DNA of 63,472 bases, from positions 154,737,800-154,801,271 of the forward strand of contig NC_068981.1 in NCBI RefSeq assembly GCF_001194135.2, in the 5' to 3' direction. Both the position numbers and the translations under genes were made by a program. The notes below the pieces were generated by a model. That model had not been told where the DNA came from, did no database searches, and worked only from the letters and a program-made list of their open reading frames with translations. Shown piece after piece: positions 1-13,217 of this stretch. Each line of letters starts with the position of its first letter. The stretch's first letter is position 1. This DNA is from Octopus bimaculoides. Its lineage: Eukaryota.

Positions 1-49
1 ATATATATATATATATATATTTGAAGAAAAGCAACAAAAATTCAATAGG

Positions 50-146
50 TTATAGCAGTACGTACGTTTCGTACAAACTTCATTTATTCATGTAGTGAGA
101 ACACTACATAAAATGTGCAATGAAAATGTACTCCTCAGCTGCATAA
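50..146 (-). ncRNA. Type I hammerhead ribozyme (HHR-1)
   Basis: Minus strand reads TTATGCAG-CTGAGGA-GTAC..(61-nt stem II with inner ATGTAGTG/CACTACAT hairpin)..GTAC-GAAA-CGTACG-TA-CTGCTATAA. All core nucleotides are present, with a G10.1-C11.1 pair, palindromic stem III ACGTACGT, a GUA cleavage triplet and an 8-bp stem I with one bulge. Confidence 0.85.
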
Positions 147-182
147 TGGAATTTCATTTTAGAAAGTCATTTTGTAGATGTG

Positions 183-255
183 TGCAGGCCCCTAACAGAG
201 TCTGCCTCCTCAGGTTGGTGGGATATCTGGAAATAGGCTCTGTTAGGGACCTGCA
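183..255. other. 27-bp imperfect stem-loop
   Basis: 183-209 is complementary to 229-255; TGCAGGCCCCTAACAGAGTCT vs AGGCTCTGTTAGGGACCTGCA matches 19/21, and G-U pairs extend the stem. Confidence 0.8.
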
Positions 256-1811
256 AAAGTTGAAGTAGCATGGAATTCAAATCAAACAGTTTTGAATAAT
301 ATATATATATAAAGGACAAATTAAATAACATAGACCTATATACAATTGTGTGTGTGTGTGTGTGTGTGCGTGTGTGTGTGTGCGTGTGTGTGTGCACGCG
401 CGCGTGCGCGCATGTGTGTGTGCATGTGCATGTGTGAGGGCATGTGCATGTGTGTGTGAATGTGTGTATAATCATGGGTGTGTGTATGTGTGTATGTGGT
501 TTCAGCTGTATATGACTATTATCCAAACAAGAGAGTCCTCAGCACTATAGTGATAGAGTGCATTAAGATTCCAAGTTGAAGAATTCAGTATTACATACTT
601 ACTATTCTGAATTTCTCAACTTTGAATGCCACATAACAATGAAACTTAAACAGAAATATAGCTTAATTTGCTGGAAAAATTCTTCTTCTGCTTCACAAAC
701 ATCTGTAGCTCCACACTAACTTTCATCTCATTGATTATCTATAATAACTAACCTATAAACCTCACCATCCTTTTACTAGCAGAAATTTAAATCTTCCCAA
801 CACTAATTGCTATACAGCTCAACTTCTCTTAACAATAACCTACAGCATAATTTCAACAGAAAAATTAGTGTTTGCATCAATGTTAAATACACAATCACCT
901 CAACAGATTTATAACTTGACACAACAAAGTATTCCAGTTACTTTAGGTGAAGGTCTTTCTCCCTAACTTCCCCAAATATTATGATTTTCCTTCACCATAA
1001 CTACCAACATTGATTTAACTGTCTCAACTGTTATAGTGAGAACATTCAGTATAACTCTCCCCTCTCTGAAGATGTTGCTGTTGTTCAACCCTAGTTCAGC
1101 TATAAATGAGTAGACTTAAGATCAAAGACATTTCATTTGTAACTATCTGGTCTTTATAGAGATATATAGAACTACATCATTCATTTTATCTTTTCCTTTT
1201 TAATATAGGTATGGTGTAATTTGAGGGGCTTTTGACTGCTATTTCTAGCAAGTCGAGCAACCACATAGTGGCATCTCAGAAGTAATCAATTTTAGTGTCT
1301 TCAATGTTCCTTGACATCCTAGTTTTTCAAACTCCACTCCTTCTATCCTAAGATTCTGAATCTCTTTGCCATGTTTTAACTTTCTCCTTGGTTTTTGATT
1401 AATTTAGTGATAAATATTTATTACTATATCATGGTAAATGACATTGAGCATGCGGTAGTTATCAATTGGACAATACTGCAACATAATTTCAATCAGTGGT
1501 TATAAAATCATTTTACTTCACTTAGATAAATAATGCTCAAGAGAAAGATAAGAACATCCTTTGTAACTACTCAAAAGGAAATTAATATTTATTATTACAA
1601 ACTGGAACTATCATTTTCTCTAGTATTCTTTACTAAATTCCTAAGGTAATGAGATGGTAGAATTATTAGTGAGTTGGACAAGTAGCATTTCTTTGGGCTC
1701 TTTACATTCTTGGTTCAAATTTCACCAAAGCTGACTTTGATTTCCATCATGTTGAGATCAATAAAATAATTACCAGTTGAACACTGGAGTCAGTGGGACT
1801 TACCCACTCCC

Positions 1812-2934
1812 TTTAATCCTTTAGTTTCTAAACTGGCCATATCCAGCTCAAAATTTTCTACCTGTTTTATGTTCAAACTGGCCAGATCTGGCCTATCACA
1901 CCTACCTAACAATGTCAGTGTAAAAATATACAATTGCATCATTGAAATCTCAAAGCTACAAGATAATGCATGATTAATTTAAATCAATGTGAATAAATAT
2001 CAGGTCATCCCATAAGTTCTGTCAGGATTTTGAATAAAGAAAACAAGTGATCAAAAGGTTATATTTAATTGAAATTTAATCATCAATGTACTTTACTTGA
2101 TTATCTATGACTTCCTTCCATCTATTTACAATGTAAAACTCTTTTGGTTTCAAAGTGAAGAACTCTGAAATGTCAGTTTCGACCTCCTCCTGGCTTGCAA
2201 AAGTTATGTCCCCCAAATGATTTTGTAAACTAAGAAACAAATGNNNNNNNNNNGCTTGCAAAAGTTATGTCCCCCAAATGATTTTGTAAACTAAGAAACA
2301 AATGGTAGTCTGAAGGAGCAAGGTCGGGAGAATAAGGTGGATGAGGAATTTTTCCCAACCAAGCTCTTTGATCTTCTTTGATGTGATCTTTGTAGTGTGG
2401 AGTCGTGCATTGTTTTGATGAAACATCACTCCTTTTTGATTCACTAAAGCAGGTCTTTTTTTCTTCAAAGTTTGGTTCAAATGCTCTAATTGCTGACAGT
2501 GGACTTGAGCATTGATTGTTGCATTAGGTGGTAACAATTCAAAGTGAATTACTCCTTTGCAATCCCACCAGATAGAGAGAAGAACCTTTTTTTCATGAAG
2601 TTCCCTTCTCAGTTGTGGTTGAGCTTCTTCCCTTTTACCAAGCCACTGTTTACGATGTTTAACATTTCGATAGAAGATCCATTTTTCTTTGGATATTTCC
2701 ATGTTAGAAAGGGTTTTAATCAAAAAAATTTTAATTCTATTATTCTGTAAAATAATATTTAATTAGTTTAAATGTACACAAATGCATAAAAATAATTTTT
2801 TATTCCATTAGACATTCTAAAATACTATTAAATTTCATTCAATTTTAAAAAAGGCAAAATCGGACAGAACTTATGGGATGACCTGATAAATAAACATTAC
2901 ATTTGACAGAATAATCTGAATGCTAAAAGGTTAA
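1812..2934. mobile_element. piggyBac-type (TTAA) MITE interrupted by a Mariner
   Basis: Ends resemble ttaa-ccctttagcatt...aatgctaaaaggttaa. The internal sequence matches the reverse-complement copy at about 31335-31816. Confidence 0.7.
2000..2886 (-). mobile_element. Internally deleted, inactive Mariner (Tc1/mariner DDD) transposon
   Basis: TIR TCAGGTCATCCCATAAGTTCTGTC at both ends with TA target-site duplications (1998-1999, 2887-2888). ORF pieces contain KKVLLSIWWDCKGVIHFELL and HPPYSPDLAPSDYHLF. The N-terminal HTH is missing, the catalytic Asp motifs are altered (KEKW, HQNNAR) and there is a frameshift. Confidence 0.95.
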
Positions 2935-5900
2935 ATTGCTTGCGCCAAAATTTGAAATCATTCTTTCCTAAGTACTCTTGGAAAGCCTAGAATTCTTTGC
3001 AGGAAAAAAAAAAACATTAATCCATTCTCATCTCATCTCCATACTAGTTATTAATTTAGCCTTTGCTCAATTCTGATTCAGCATACCTTTGATCAAAGGT
3101 ATTCCAGTTATGACCATCCCAACCCGTCCTTTTTTTATTTATTCTTTTTATTCTCATTGTACATTGGCAATTTTGTGAGTAGAGAAAGATTTAGCTGCTA
3201 TTTTTAGTAGATCAAGTGAGCCTGTAGTAGCTTATTCATTAACTCACAGATATAAATTAGTTAGAATGGATGGAAGGCAGAATCTAAAATTATTTCACTG
3301 AACATAATTCTCCGTTATCTGTTCAGGAAATTCATTCTACTGATTTAAATTTGAACATATTATCTAAACTGAAATCATAGGTTTTTATTTAAAAAAAGAA
3401 ACCCATTTTGTATTAGAAATTCATCTATAATGTTAGGAGTGTGATTTCAGAATGATCAAAACAGAGAAAAAGAAACAAAAAATCAATAGGAAGTAAAAAT
3501 AAACACAGCTTGAAACATGTTGCTGAGAGATGTATGTATTGCTTTATCAAAATTTATTTCGATAATATATGATTATAGCAATTTAAACTGAAAAGAATTT
3601 CTACAGAATAAATCCCTATCAATACCACACACCACAATAACTATACTAACAGCAAAATGAATTATAGAAACAGTTGCCAAATTTCCATCAAATGTTATCC
3701 TAATATCTTTAAAGGAAAAAGACAAAAGGAAGGGTGAAGTGCATAACACAGAGGAAGGTGGACTTCCTGAGAAAATGATGGGATTATCACTGCTTGAATG
3801 CCTGCAACCATGCCTGCTCAATGACAGCTATCTAATCTAGGACTAAGCAACTGATACACTAACTGACATAAAAACAACCAACTCAATAATGGAGATATTA
3901 ACCACAGAAACATAGATAAGTCAACAGTGAAGCTTTTATGTGGTCACTCAAAACTCCATCATATCACACTTTATCTTCTTAAATAAGAAAAGGACATATC
4001 AGATATGTAGTAGTGCATATCACTAATTAAAAAGGATGTTTACATATTGATATATCTTTGATCATAGGTCTATCTGCTGGAAGTCCATGGTATCACTTCT
4101 TTGTTGTACCTGTCAAATTGATAATAAAGTAAGGACCATTATTCTAAATGCAAGTGTTTCCATGAAGGATTATGAAGAAATGCCAGCCTTTATACATAAG
4201 AATAATTCCTCAATGCTAGACATTTACATCACTAAAATTCCTTTGACTTAGGAACCCTTACCTAGTGTAACTCACTTTCTTTACCATCATAAATGAGCAA
4301 AATGTGGTAAACTTCAAAAAAAAAAAAAAATTAAAAATGATAAAACCCCTGGAATATACAAACCAGAGAGTTGCTAATAGTTATACAAAAAGGCACAGTG
4401 CATAGTCGCTTCTCAGAAGCGAAGTATTCAGAATTCAATGCCTGAAATTTGTGTACAACAAAAGAAGGGTAAAAAATGGTTATAAATTATTAATTGTCCA
4501 ATAATTAATTCTCTTTCCAATTTCTGGTCTATATAAACTATTCATTGGATTTTGTTTCCAATATTGGATCACACCCATAAAAAAAAAAGCACATTCAATC
4601 CTCATTGTACAATGCCACCAAATATGCATGCAAAACAATTGAAACTAACCATGCTAGCCTTATATGATTATGCTTCCCTATACATAAGTGCAATAATAAG
4701 AGTATTGGTTCTAGCCATCCTCAGCCTCCCTCAAACCAACACACACACTTTTCATCTTGCTATACTACAAGCCATCATACTCTCTTTCTCTCTCTCTCTC
4801 TCTCTTCTGGAACACTTTTATTACCACCCAACACCTACTCTTAATACTCTTGGAGGAGGAGTGATTGGCAATTGCAGAGGTGGGCAAAGGTAAGGGTATC
4901 ACATCCTCCTCCTCCTCCTCTAATTCCACTATGCCTTTCCCCCATCACTTACTCCATTCACCCTATCACCCATTCTGGTTCTTCTGATGTCATTGCTCTC
5001 TCTCTCTCTCTCCCCTATTTACTAAGCAAATGTTCATGCCTTCACTTATTGATAACTCTCTACATGTACACACCCATCCTTACTTCTCAACAATTCCTTT
5101 CTGGCTTTTCTGCTGTCATCTTTCCTTTTCTAATTTCTTTCTTTGTTTAACATACTTCAGGTTACTTAGCACTCTCTTCATTTTACTGCATATTAAGTAC
5201 TCCACTACCTGTGCTGGTGTTGCCACAGAATTTGTCATGCTATGTTCCCTGGGGAATACTGAATAAGGTGGCCTCACTAGTGTTGGTGTCACAAAAAAAA
5301 ATGCACCTCACACACTATAAAGTGACTGACAAATGAGCAAAGAAAACATTGGATTGAGAAATAACTTTAATCCTATTTGTCTGAGGGTTAGGGAACCACT
5401 CAAGTGTTGGTGCCACAAGAAAAAAACCCAGTAACATCGTTGGTGCATTGGAAGAGCATCCAACCATAGAAAACGAACCAGCTGATGCATATGAGCACTA
5501 GACTTTTGGAATAGTAGCACCTAATAAGAAATTAGACTGTGATGACCTATCCAACCCATGCCAACATGGAAACATTGGAAGTAGAGATAAAATGATGATG
5601 ATGAATAAATTGATATAGATATATACACACACATGCATAGACACATATATACAAACACAGGCATACATATATACATTAACCCATTAATGCATAGCATCTA
5701 GAAAAATGGATATAGGAAAAATTACTATTGTTTGTTAAGTAAACTACCTATTGAGATTATTTTAGGTATAGTCTGCCTCTAAACTAGTGCTCTATGAATG
5801 AACAAGCACTGTGCACAAACAAACCAATTATACATATGTACAAAACAAGTGATAATAATTTTTCCTGCATCCATTTTACTGGACACTATGCATTATTGGG

Positions 5901-6521
5901 TTAAACTTATACAAGGTAAAGGTTGACAATGACTTTGAAGTTTCAACTTGCTCATTTTTGCCAGACTGTGTTTTATTTGAGCGAGCCTTCAGTTTAATGT
6001 TAAATTGTTTTTATATATAACTTGATATAAAAACAAACATTAATATATAAGGTGGTAAGCTGGTTGAATTGTTAGCACGCCAAGCAAAACACTTGGTGGT
6101 ATTTCATCCATCTTTAAGTTCTGAGCTCAAATTCTGCCATGGTCAACTGTGCCTTTCATTCAGTAGGGGTCGATAAAACAAGTAATAATCAAGCATCAGG
6201 GTCAATGTAATTGATTTATAGTTCAAATTTATAGGAAACAAAAGACAAAGACAGGTGAAGGAACAACAAGCAGGTGTATTAGTTTAACGCTTGGAAAGAA
6301 TGGAAAAGTCTTTGATGTTTTGAGCCTTGCTCTTCGACAGAATGGATTCAGAGGGAAAAAAATAGAGAGAGAATGAAAAAAAACAGAGAGAGGATGAAAA
6401 AACAAAAAATGGAGAGAGAATGAAAAACCAGAGAGAGAAAAAAATGTGTAGGGATTAATAGTTCAGCATGTTACCCCACCTCCTAAAATTGTTGGCCTTG
6501 TGCCAAAATTTGAAATCAATA

Positions 6522-6599
<78 letters not shown>

Positions 6600-6954
6600 C
6601 CTTATGTGCATGGTAAACAATGAGAGTCAAAATGACGATGTACAAATTTGGTGGATTTGAATATGAATATGCTAATCACTGTTGTGCTTTATCATTGGAG
6701 AATACTACTTCTCTTTTCAGACAAATGTGTATTCATAACACATTCAATATGTTTTGGAACACCTGGTGTTTCGATCGATATCAGCATGTAGCAACAAATA
6801 ATTTGTTTGTTGAAGTAATAAACAAGAATCATAAACTATAGTTAGATCCAATTAGTCCAGGATGCCTTTCACTTCAATGATGTGGAAGCACCTGATATTC
6901 CAAAGTTAACCTTAACAGAATCTGAACTTAAAATGTAAAGAGCTTAAAGAAATG

Positions 6955-7487
6955 CCATTAAGCATTTTGTCCAACATGCTAATGATTCTGCTAGCTCACT
7001 GCCTTTATATAACAACAACAACAACAACAACAACAGTAATAATAATGGTTTCAAATTTTGGCACAAGGCCAGCAATTTCAGGGAAGGGGTTAAGTTGATT
7101 ATATTGACCCCACTGCTCAACTAGTACTTATTTTATCAATTCTGAAAGGATGAAAGGCAAAGTTGGCCTCGGCAGAATTCAAACTTAAAGTATAAAGATG
7201 GGTGAAATTTTGTTAAGCATTTTGTTCAGCGTACCAACAATTCTGCCAACTTGCTGCCTTAATAATGATAATCCTTCTCACTAAAGGCACAAGGCCTGAA
7301 ATTTTGGGGGAGGGGAATAGTCAATTACATCGACCCAGTGTTTCACTGGTGCTTATTTTATTGACCCCAAAAGGATGAAAGGCAAAGTTGACTTTGATGG
7401 AATTTGAACTCAGAACATAAGGACGGACGAAATGCCACTAAACATTTTGCCTGGTGTGCTAATGATTCTGCCAGCTCACTGCTTTAC

Positions 7488-7500
<13 letters not shown>
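6955..7500 (-). repeat. Three tandem tRNA-derived SINEs (family B here) separated by (AAT)n
   Basis: Repeated core tgcctttcatcctttyggggtcrataaaataagtaccag in the same orientation. Other copies at about 6050-6230, 9250-9470, 22990-23200, 31885-32060, 59760-60125. Confidence 0.85.
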
Positions 7501-7521
<21 letters not shown>

Positions 7522-7542
7522 NNNNNNNNNNCACTGCTTTAC

Positions 7543-7616
<74 letters not shown>

Positions 7617-7949
7617 TGATAACAGTATACATGGTAAAGAGGGTTGGACGAATGATATCAAATTAATGAAAGAATAAATATATCCATGTGTGTGAACCTT
7701 CCAACTGTTAGAAAGGCACAGCACAAGCATTCTTATTTCTTACAGGCACAGAAGTCAAACAAAAACCAACAAAATTACCATAAAATGTCTTCAACTTGGA
7801 AAATAAAGAGGTGGATCAAATACTGTAAGGAATTTTGCCCAATAATTCTAAAGATTCTACCAATCCACCATTTTGAATTACAATAATGGTCTGTCCACAT
7901 TACTCTGTAAGGATCATAGGGCTGGTTTCTCTGGTGTGTGTATCATCAC

Positions 7950-7959
<10 letters not shown>

Positions 7960-7980
<21 letters not shown>

Positions 7981-8240
7981 GTTTAATGTCCGCTTTGACT
8001 GAGGACTGGCGAACCAGATGGCTGCACCAGGCTCCAATCTGATCTAGCAGAGTTTCTACAGCTGGATGCCCTTCCTAACACCAACCACTCCGAGAGTGTA
8101 GTGGGTGCTTTTACGTGCCAGCAGCACGAGGGTCAGTCAGGCAGTACTGGCAACAGCCACACTCAAATGATGTTTTTTACATGCCACCTGCACAGGAGCC
8201 AGTCCAGCGGCACTGGCAATGACCTCACTCAAATGTATAT
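7960..8240 (-). repeat. Abundant retroposon tail ending in (GAT)n (family C here)
   Basis: Motif ctggatgcccttcctaacrccaaccactc-gagagtgtagtgggtgctttt. Further copies at about 13610-13970, 24630-25150, 26285-26480, 27520-27700 (+), 29815-29985, 31385-31640. Confidence 0.85.
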
Positions 8241-8437
8241 NNNNNNNNNNNNNNNNNNNNNNNNNNNNNNNNNNNNNNNNNNNNNNNNNNNNNNNNNNNN
8301 NNNNNNNNNNNNNNNNNNNNNNNNNNNNNNNNNNNNNNNNNNNNNNNNNNNNNNNNNNNNNNNNNNNNNNNNNNNNNNNNNNNNNNNNNNNNNNNNNNNN
8401 NNNNNNNNNNNNNNNNNNNNNNNNNNNNNNNNNNNNN

Positions 8438-8478
<41 letters not shown>

Positions 8479-9089
8479 TCCCACTGGATGGGATGTTGGT
8501 CTACCATCACAGGATTACTCATGTTTACCAACTGAGTGGACTGGAGTAATGCAAAATGAAGTGTTTTTGCCAAAGAACATGACACATCACTCAATCTAGG
8601 AATTGAAACCACAATCTTACAACCATGAGTCTAACACCCTCACCACTAAGCCATGTGCCTTCACACAGACTAATAATAGCAATATTTAGAGTAATAATAC
8701 CAATAATTATCCAGTATATGCATAAGAATAAATATCCTACTAAATAAATATTGTCCTGTAATTCTAATGCTGCTTTGCTTGTATCCATATTTGATATAAT
8801 ACCTCATTACATTCATCACAGCAGTGCATATCAATGCTGAATTTATATTTCTAATGAGGTAATTAACACAAATTAAGGCTATAAATATTAAAATAAAAAT
8901 GATATGTGGTGAATGAAAATCAATTCACAAGCTTTATTATGCATATGAAACTAAAATAAAAATTTAATATGCCTTTAAAATACAACTAAACGCTAAATCT
9001 TGAGGATTTCAAACACTAAATGTCATTAAAATCCTGCACAATCACATTATTCTTCATCTTCAGTTCTGAATAAACCTTTATAATTGAAA

Positions 9090-10300
9090 GGATGAATAAT
9101 GATATCATACAGATCTTCATTATCATTGTTGTCTCTTATTATAGGTTGTATGACATCTGCTGCTTCTTCATCATGACCTTATATATTTGTCTTCTGTTCC
9201 AAGCAAGGGATTAAATTCCACACTTCTTGAATGATTTGATAATAATCCTCTTTACTATAGGAACAAGGCCTGAAATTTGGATGTAGGAGGCTAGTTAATT
9301 ATACTGACTTCAGTGCTTGACTGGTAGTTATTTTATTGACCCCAAAAGCATGAAAGGCAAAGATGGCTTCAGCAGAATTTGAACTCAGAACATAAAATGG
9401 GTGAAGTGCTGTTAAGCATTTTGCCCAGTGTGTTAACAATTCAGCCAGCTTGTCACCTTATGAATGATTTGGTAATAATGTCAGCTTTTATTTTCTTCAT
9501 CTTTCATGTGATCTTTCTTCATGTATCCAGTTACTTGATTTTATCCTCATCATGTCCTTAAATAGCTTTATGATATAAACATTTAATGGTTGCAAAACAC
9601 AAGTCTTCCAGGAATTACCGTTATGTCATTGCTTTTTGATCAGACATTATCAACAATGACTTCACTAGCCATGACCAAAACTGATCCCAGAAGAGCAAAC
9701 ACTTTCCCTTCTGTTGTTCAACAGGCTGTAAATACCAAAACTCCTTTTAGCCATTTTCTACATCTATCTTTATTTATCCAACCACATGGCTGTACATTAC
9801 AACTCCTTGTGGAAACTCCTCTTTGGCATAGATTTTCTTTTAAAATCAATCAATGTTTTTAATTTATAGTACCATCTGCTAAACAAGAAAAAGTTTGAAA
9901 CAAACATGCTTTCCTCATGAGTGGTAGCTTTTGCCAGTACCATTTTCTCTCTCTCTCTCTCTCTCTCTGTGCTATTCAGTTCACAATTTATTTCTCTGAC
10001 ATGTCAAGATTAAGAAGTGTTTCATCCATTTTCCAATACAAGACAGCTTGTAGTCTATTTTCTGCCAATTTCTTTTTGCAAATAAGTGAAATGTTAGTAT
10101 CTTATCATTCAGGTCAGAAGGCAGTTTTTGTGAAATCTTTGTTCTCTATTAAAGTGCTTAATCATACTGACTCATGAGCCTTGTGCACCATCCAACACTT
10201 TCCTTTAAATTCAAAATTCTATCCGGATTTTATTCTATTTGCACATACATTTGGATGGCTCCATGGGCTACACAAATTGTAGCTTAACTCTTTTTAAGTA
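9090..10300 (-). mobile_element. Decayed Pogo-family DNA transposon (CENP-B HTH plus DDE) with a SINE inserted
   Basis: Manual minus-strand translation gives GWCTRLMSQYD (HTH), KRKSMPKEEFPQGVVMY, FWDQF and TVIPGRL..LQPLNVYIIKLFKDMMR, with many stops and frameshifts. Confidence 0.8.
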
Positions 10301-11049
10301 CCAACATAACTTCCTTCTTCAATAGTGGCAGCTTGTAGGGGTCACCTCTATTAGAACACTATTTTATTACATTATCTGAAGTTGAATATCTTTCTCCAAT
10401 CTCTTGCAAGTTTATCAAAAACATGAAAGTCTTCTTTTTTTTTTTTTTGCTGCACTGTTATATATCTTCTCTGCAATTTCAATAAGTTCTTATTTGAATA
10501 CTGCTCTAAATTTATTTTTTCTGGGAGGAATTTTCTCACAAGAAAAAAAAAAACTATTCATCCCAAGCTATGCAAATGTATTCCACAAGATCTACATGGA
10601 AACTAACATCAGCTGTTCTACCAAGTGAGATTCTAATCCAACTTTTATAAAGTTCACTATTTCTATCACCTGTAGAAATAGTGAACAGTAATACAGGTAA
10701 TTGTGATATTATTACATTGATAGGTATTGCCTTTCATTGCTTATCTGACAACATTGGCTATGCTGCTTCACAGATGTGTTTACATCTATGAATTGTAGAC
10801 TGATGAATCAATGTATTCTGGTAAGTACCATGCATTCAGAAATACAGCATTTACAGTGAATTATATTGGTGAATGCATATGGTTTAGTTTATATAACAAA
10901 TTATGCTATAATGTACTTTGTATCTGATTAATTATACAACAGTCAATGTAGTGCTTTTTTGATAATGAACTTGAGAAGTTCATTACCTAATATTTATGTA
11001 AATTATGTATCAAGGTGTGTAATAATAAAGAAAAAAATCATTTACTTCA

Positions 11050-11810
11050 CATAAATCGCTGTACTTCAGCAGTAAATGTTGATCTATTACCTGTAAAAAG
11101 GATAGGGTTGACTCTGACAGGAGATTCATGGAAAATTTCATATTTCTATCTTCAAAATAGGGGTCAACTTCTACACAAAATCAACTTTTATTTAAGTATC
11201 TATGATACTTATTTCAAAAAGAATTCTATTTTTTCAACATTTATAATTTGCTCAGCAACATAACCACCATTTTCAATCATTATTTTTCAATTCAAGCAGG
11301 ATATCTGGCAACGGTGCTATCATCCACACTTGCATTTTCCCCAACAACCCTAACATTATAGATTCAGATCATTTTCTAAACCTGTTACACCATTCTGAAC
11401 TTTAAGAAAATGTTTCTCTTCCAATTTCCTTTCCTTCTTTGTTTTATCTATTTAATTATTATTTTGACAGCTGCAAACAGACTAACAGACTTCTTGATAG
11501 CCATTTGACTAAAAGGAATGCATTTTTAATTACAATCTTTGATCCAAATTGACAAAAGTCATTCCATTTCCATGATTGCAGTTTCTTGCTGTTCAGAAAT
11601 TTAATGATGAAGCTTTGCTTTCTGAATAATATGACACACTGTTGATTCACTGATTGTATGGTCTTCACCTATTTTAGCCATTATAGCACCACTTTTATGC
11701 CTGTTAATTATGGCTAATCTTTCTTCCAACTCCATAACTTGCTTCTTAGCACTGTCACCACTCATGATAGTAGTACTCACTTGTTTAGAGCTTGTGTATG
11801 GCAATAAACT
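11050..11810 (-). mobile_element. Decayed Tigger-like transposase
   Basis: ORF 11601-11804 is CENP-B N-terminal HTH-like. Downstream frames give LLSIWIKDCN*KCIPFSQMAIKK and ENGGYVAEQIINVE, resembling Tigger EEGGYxxEQIFNVDE. Confidence 0.8.
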
Positions 11811-11865
11811 GAGGCTTTAGAAACAAGTAAACCTCCAATTAACCTGGCTTCGAACAACACCAAAT

Positions 11866-11908
<43 letters not shown>

Positions 11909-12323
11909 GTACATAGATATAACAGAAAACAATTTGACAAAGATCATGTCTAAAACAATGAATCAGAGCAATACATTCAACAGCAGCTGAAAGAAAAGCA
12001 ATAAAACAGAAGTGAAATTTGTACAGTATTATTTATCATTTCTCAGACATACTGTACGCTACAGTAAATCAATTCTTATATGCAGTATTTGAGTTTTGAT
12101 GGCAAACTACCAATAACATAAACTTGACAACTGCAGTATTTGAACAGTAATTGGGGTATTTCTATTCATTTTACCATATTAGTATGGCCAGGAAGATTTT
12201 GAGTCAGAGTTGTTTTTACTTCTAACTGTAGCAAACAGGGTTATACAATGCTTGGCAAAATCTGAACTTAGACCAGTTCAGTTCTTTAACTGACACATTA
12301 TAATCCCCAGCCACACACACACA

Positions 12324-12386
<63 letters not shown>

Positions 12387-12682
12387 CTGCATTCATGCTG
12401 TCTGTTTGTTCATTTGCTCTTTTTATTTAAGATCCTTTCTCCATGCCAGCATGGCTTTGATGTAAGGTTTTGAGGCAGGGTTTTTTAATGGCCAGATGCA
12501 CTCCCACTTCCTGTTGCTAACACTTACCTGCTTTTCAAATAAGGAATTTTTATTGCAACATGTAGATAGTGGACAAAGTTGATGATAGAAATTGTCAACA
12601 AACTTCACAGATTGCAACTCAAACACAAGCAATAAAGTCAATGTTTACATCTGTAACTCAGCATAATTTTGTAAACATTCAT

Positions 12683-12719
<37 letters not shown>

Positions 12720-12759
12720 AAACCATTCGACTATATCTTTTATCATTATCTTTTATCTT

Positions 12760-13140
12760 TTGTTTTAGTCATTAAATTGTGGCTATACTGGGGCACTGCT
12801 TTGAAGAACTTTAGTCAAACAAATCAATCTCAGTAATAATTTATTTTTTCAAGGCTGGTACTTATTCTACTAGTCTCTTTTGCTGAACTGTTAAGTTATA
12901 GAGATGTAAGCACACCAGTACCAGCTGTCAAGTGATGGTGGGGGACAAGCACACACACACACACATATTTACATATAGGCGCAGGAGTGGCTGTGTGGTA
13001 AGTAGCTTGCTTACCAACCACATGGTTCTGGGTTCAGTCCCACTGCATGGCACTTTGGGCAAGTGTCTTCTACTATAGCCTCAGGGCAACCAAAGCCTTG
13101 CAAGTGGATCTGGTAGACAGAAACTGAAAGAAGCCCATCA

Positions 13141-13217
<77 letters not shown>

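Noticed and set aside
350-550. Numerous HT/CV/YI/RE/low-complexity ORFs here and elsewhere
   Set aside because: They are translations of (CA)n, (TA)n, (GA)n and (AAT)n microsatellites.
2206-2303. Direct duplication of about 50 bp inside the Mariner
   Set aside because: The two copies flank a 10-N gap exactly, typical of an unmerged contig overlap.
6300-6345. Hammerhead-like CTGTCGA-AGAGC-aag-GCTC-AAAA-CATC on the minus strand
   Set aside because: Core positions are mutated (A6, G12) and stem I does not pair; at most a dead Penelope-type end.
11900-11990. Strong minus-strand acceptor ttttattgcttttctttcag
   Set aside because: It runs into a (TG)n tract next to the Tigger relic, with no good donor and no ankyrin-like translation.
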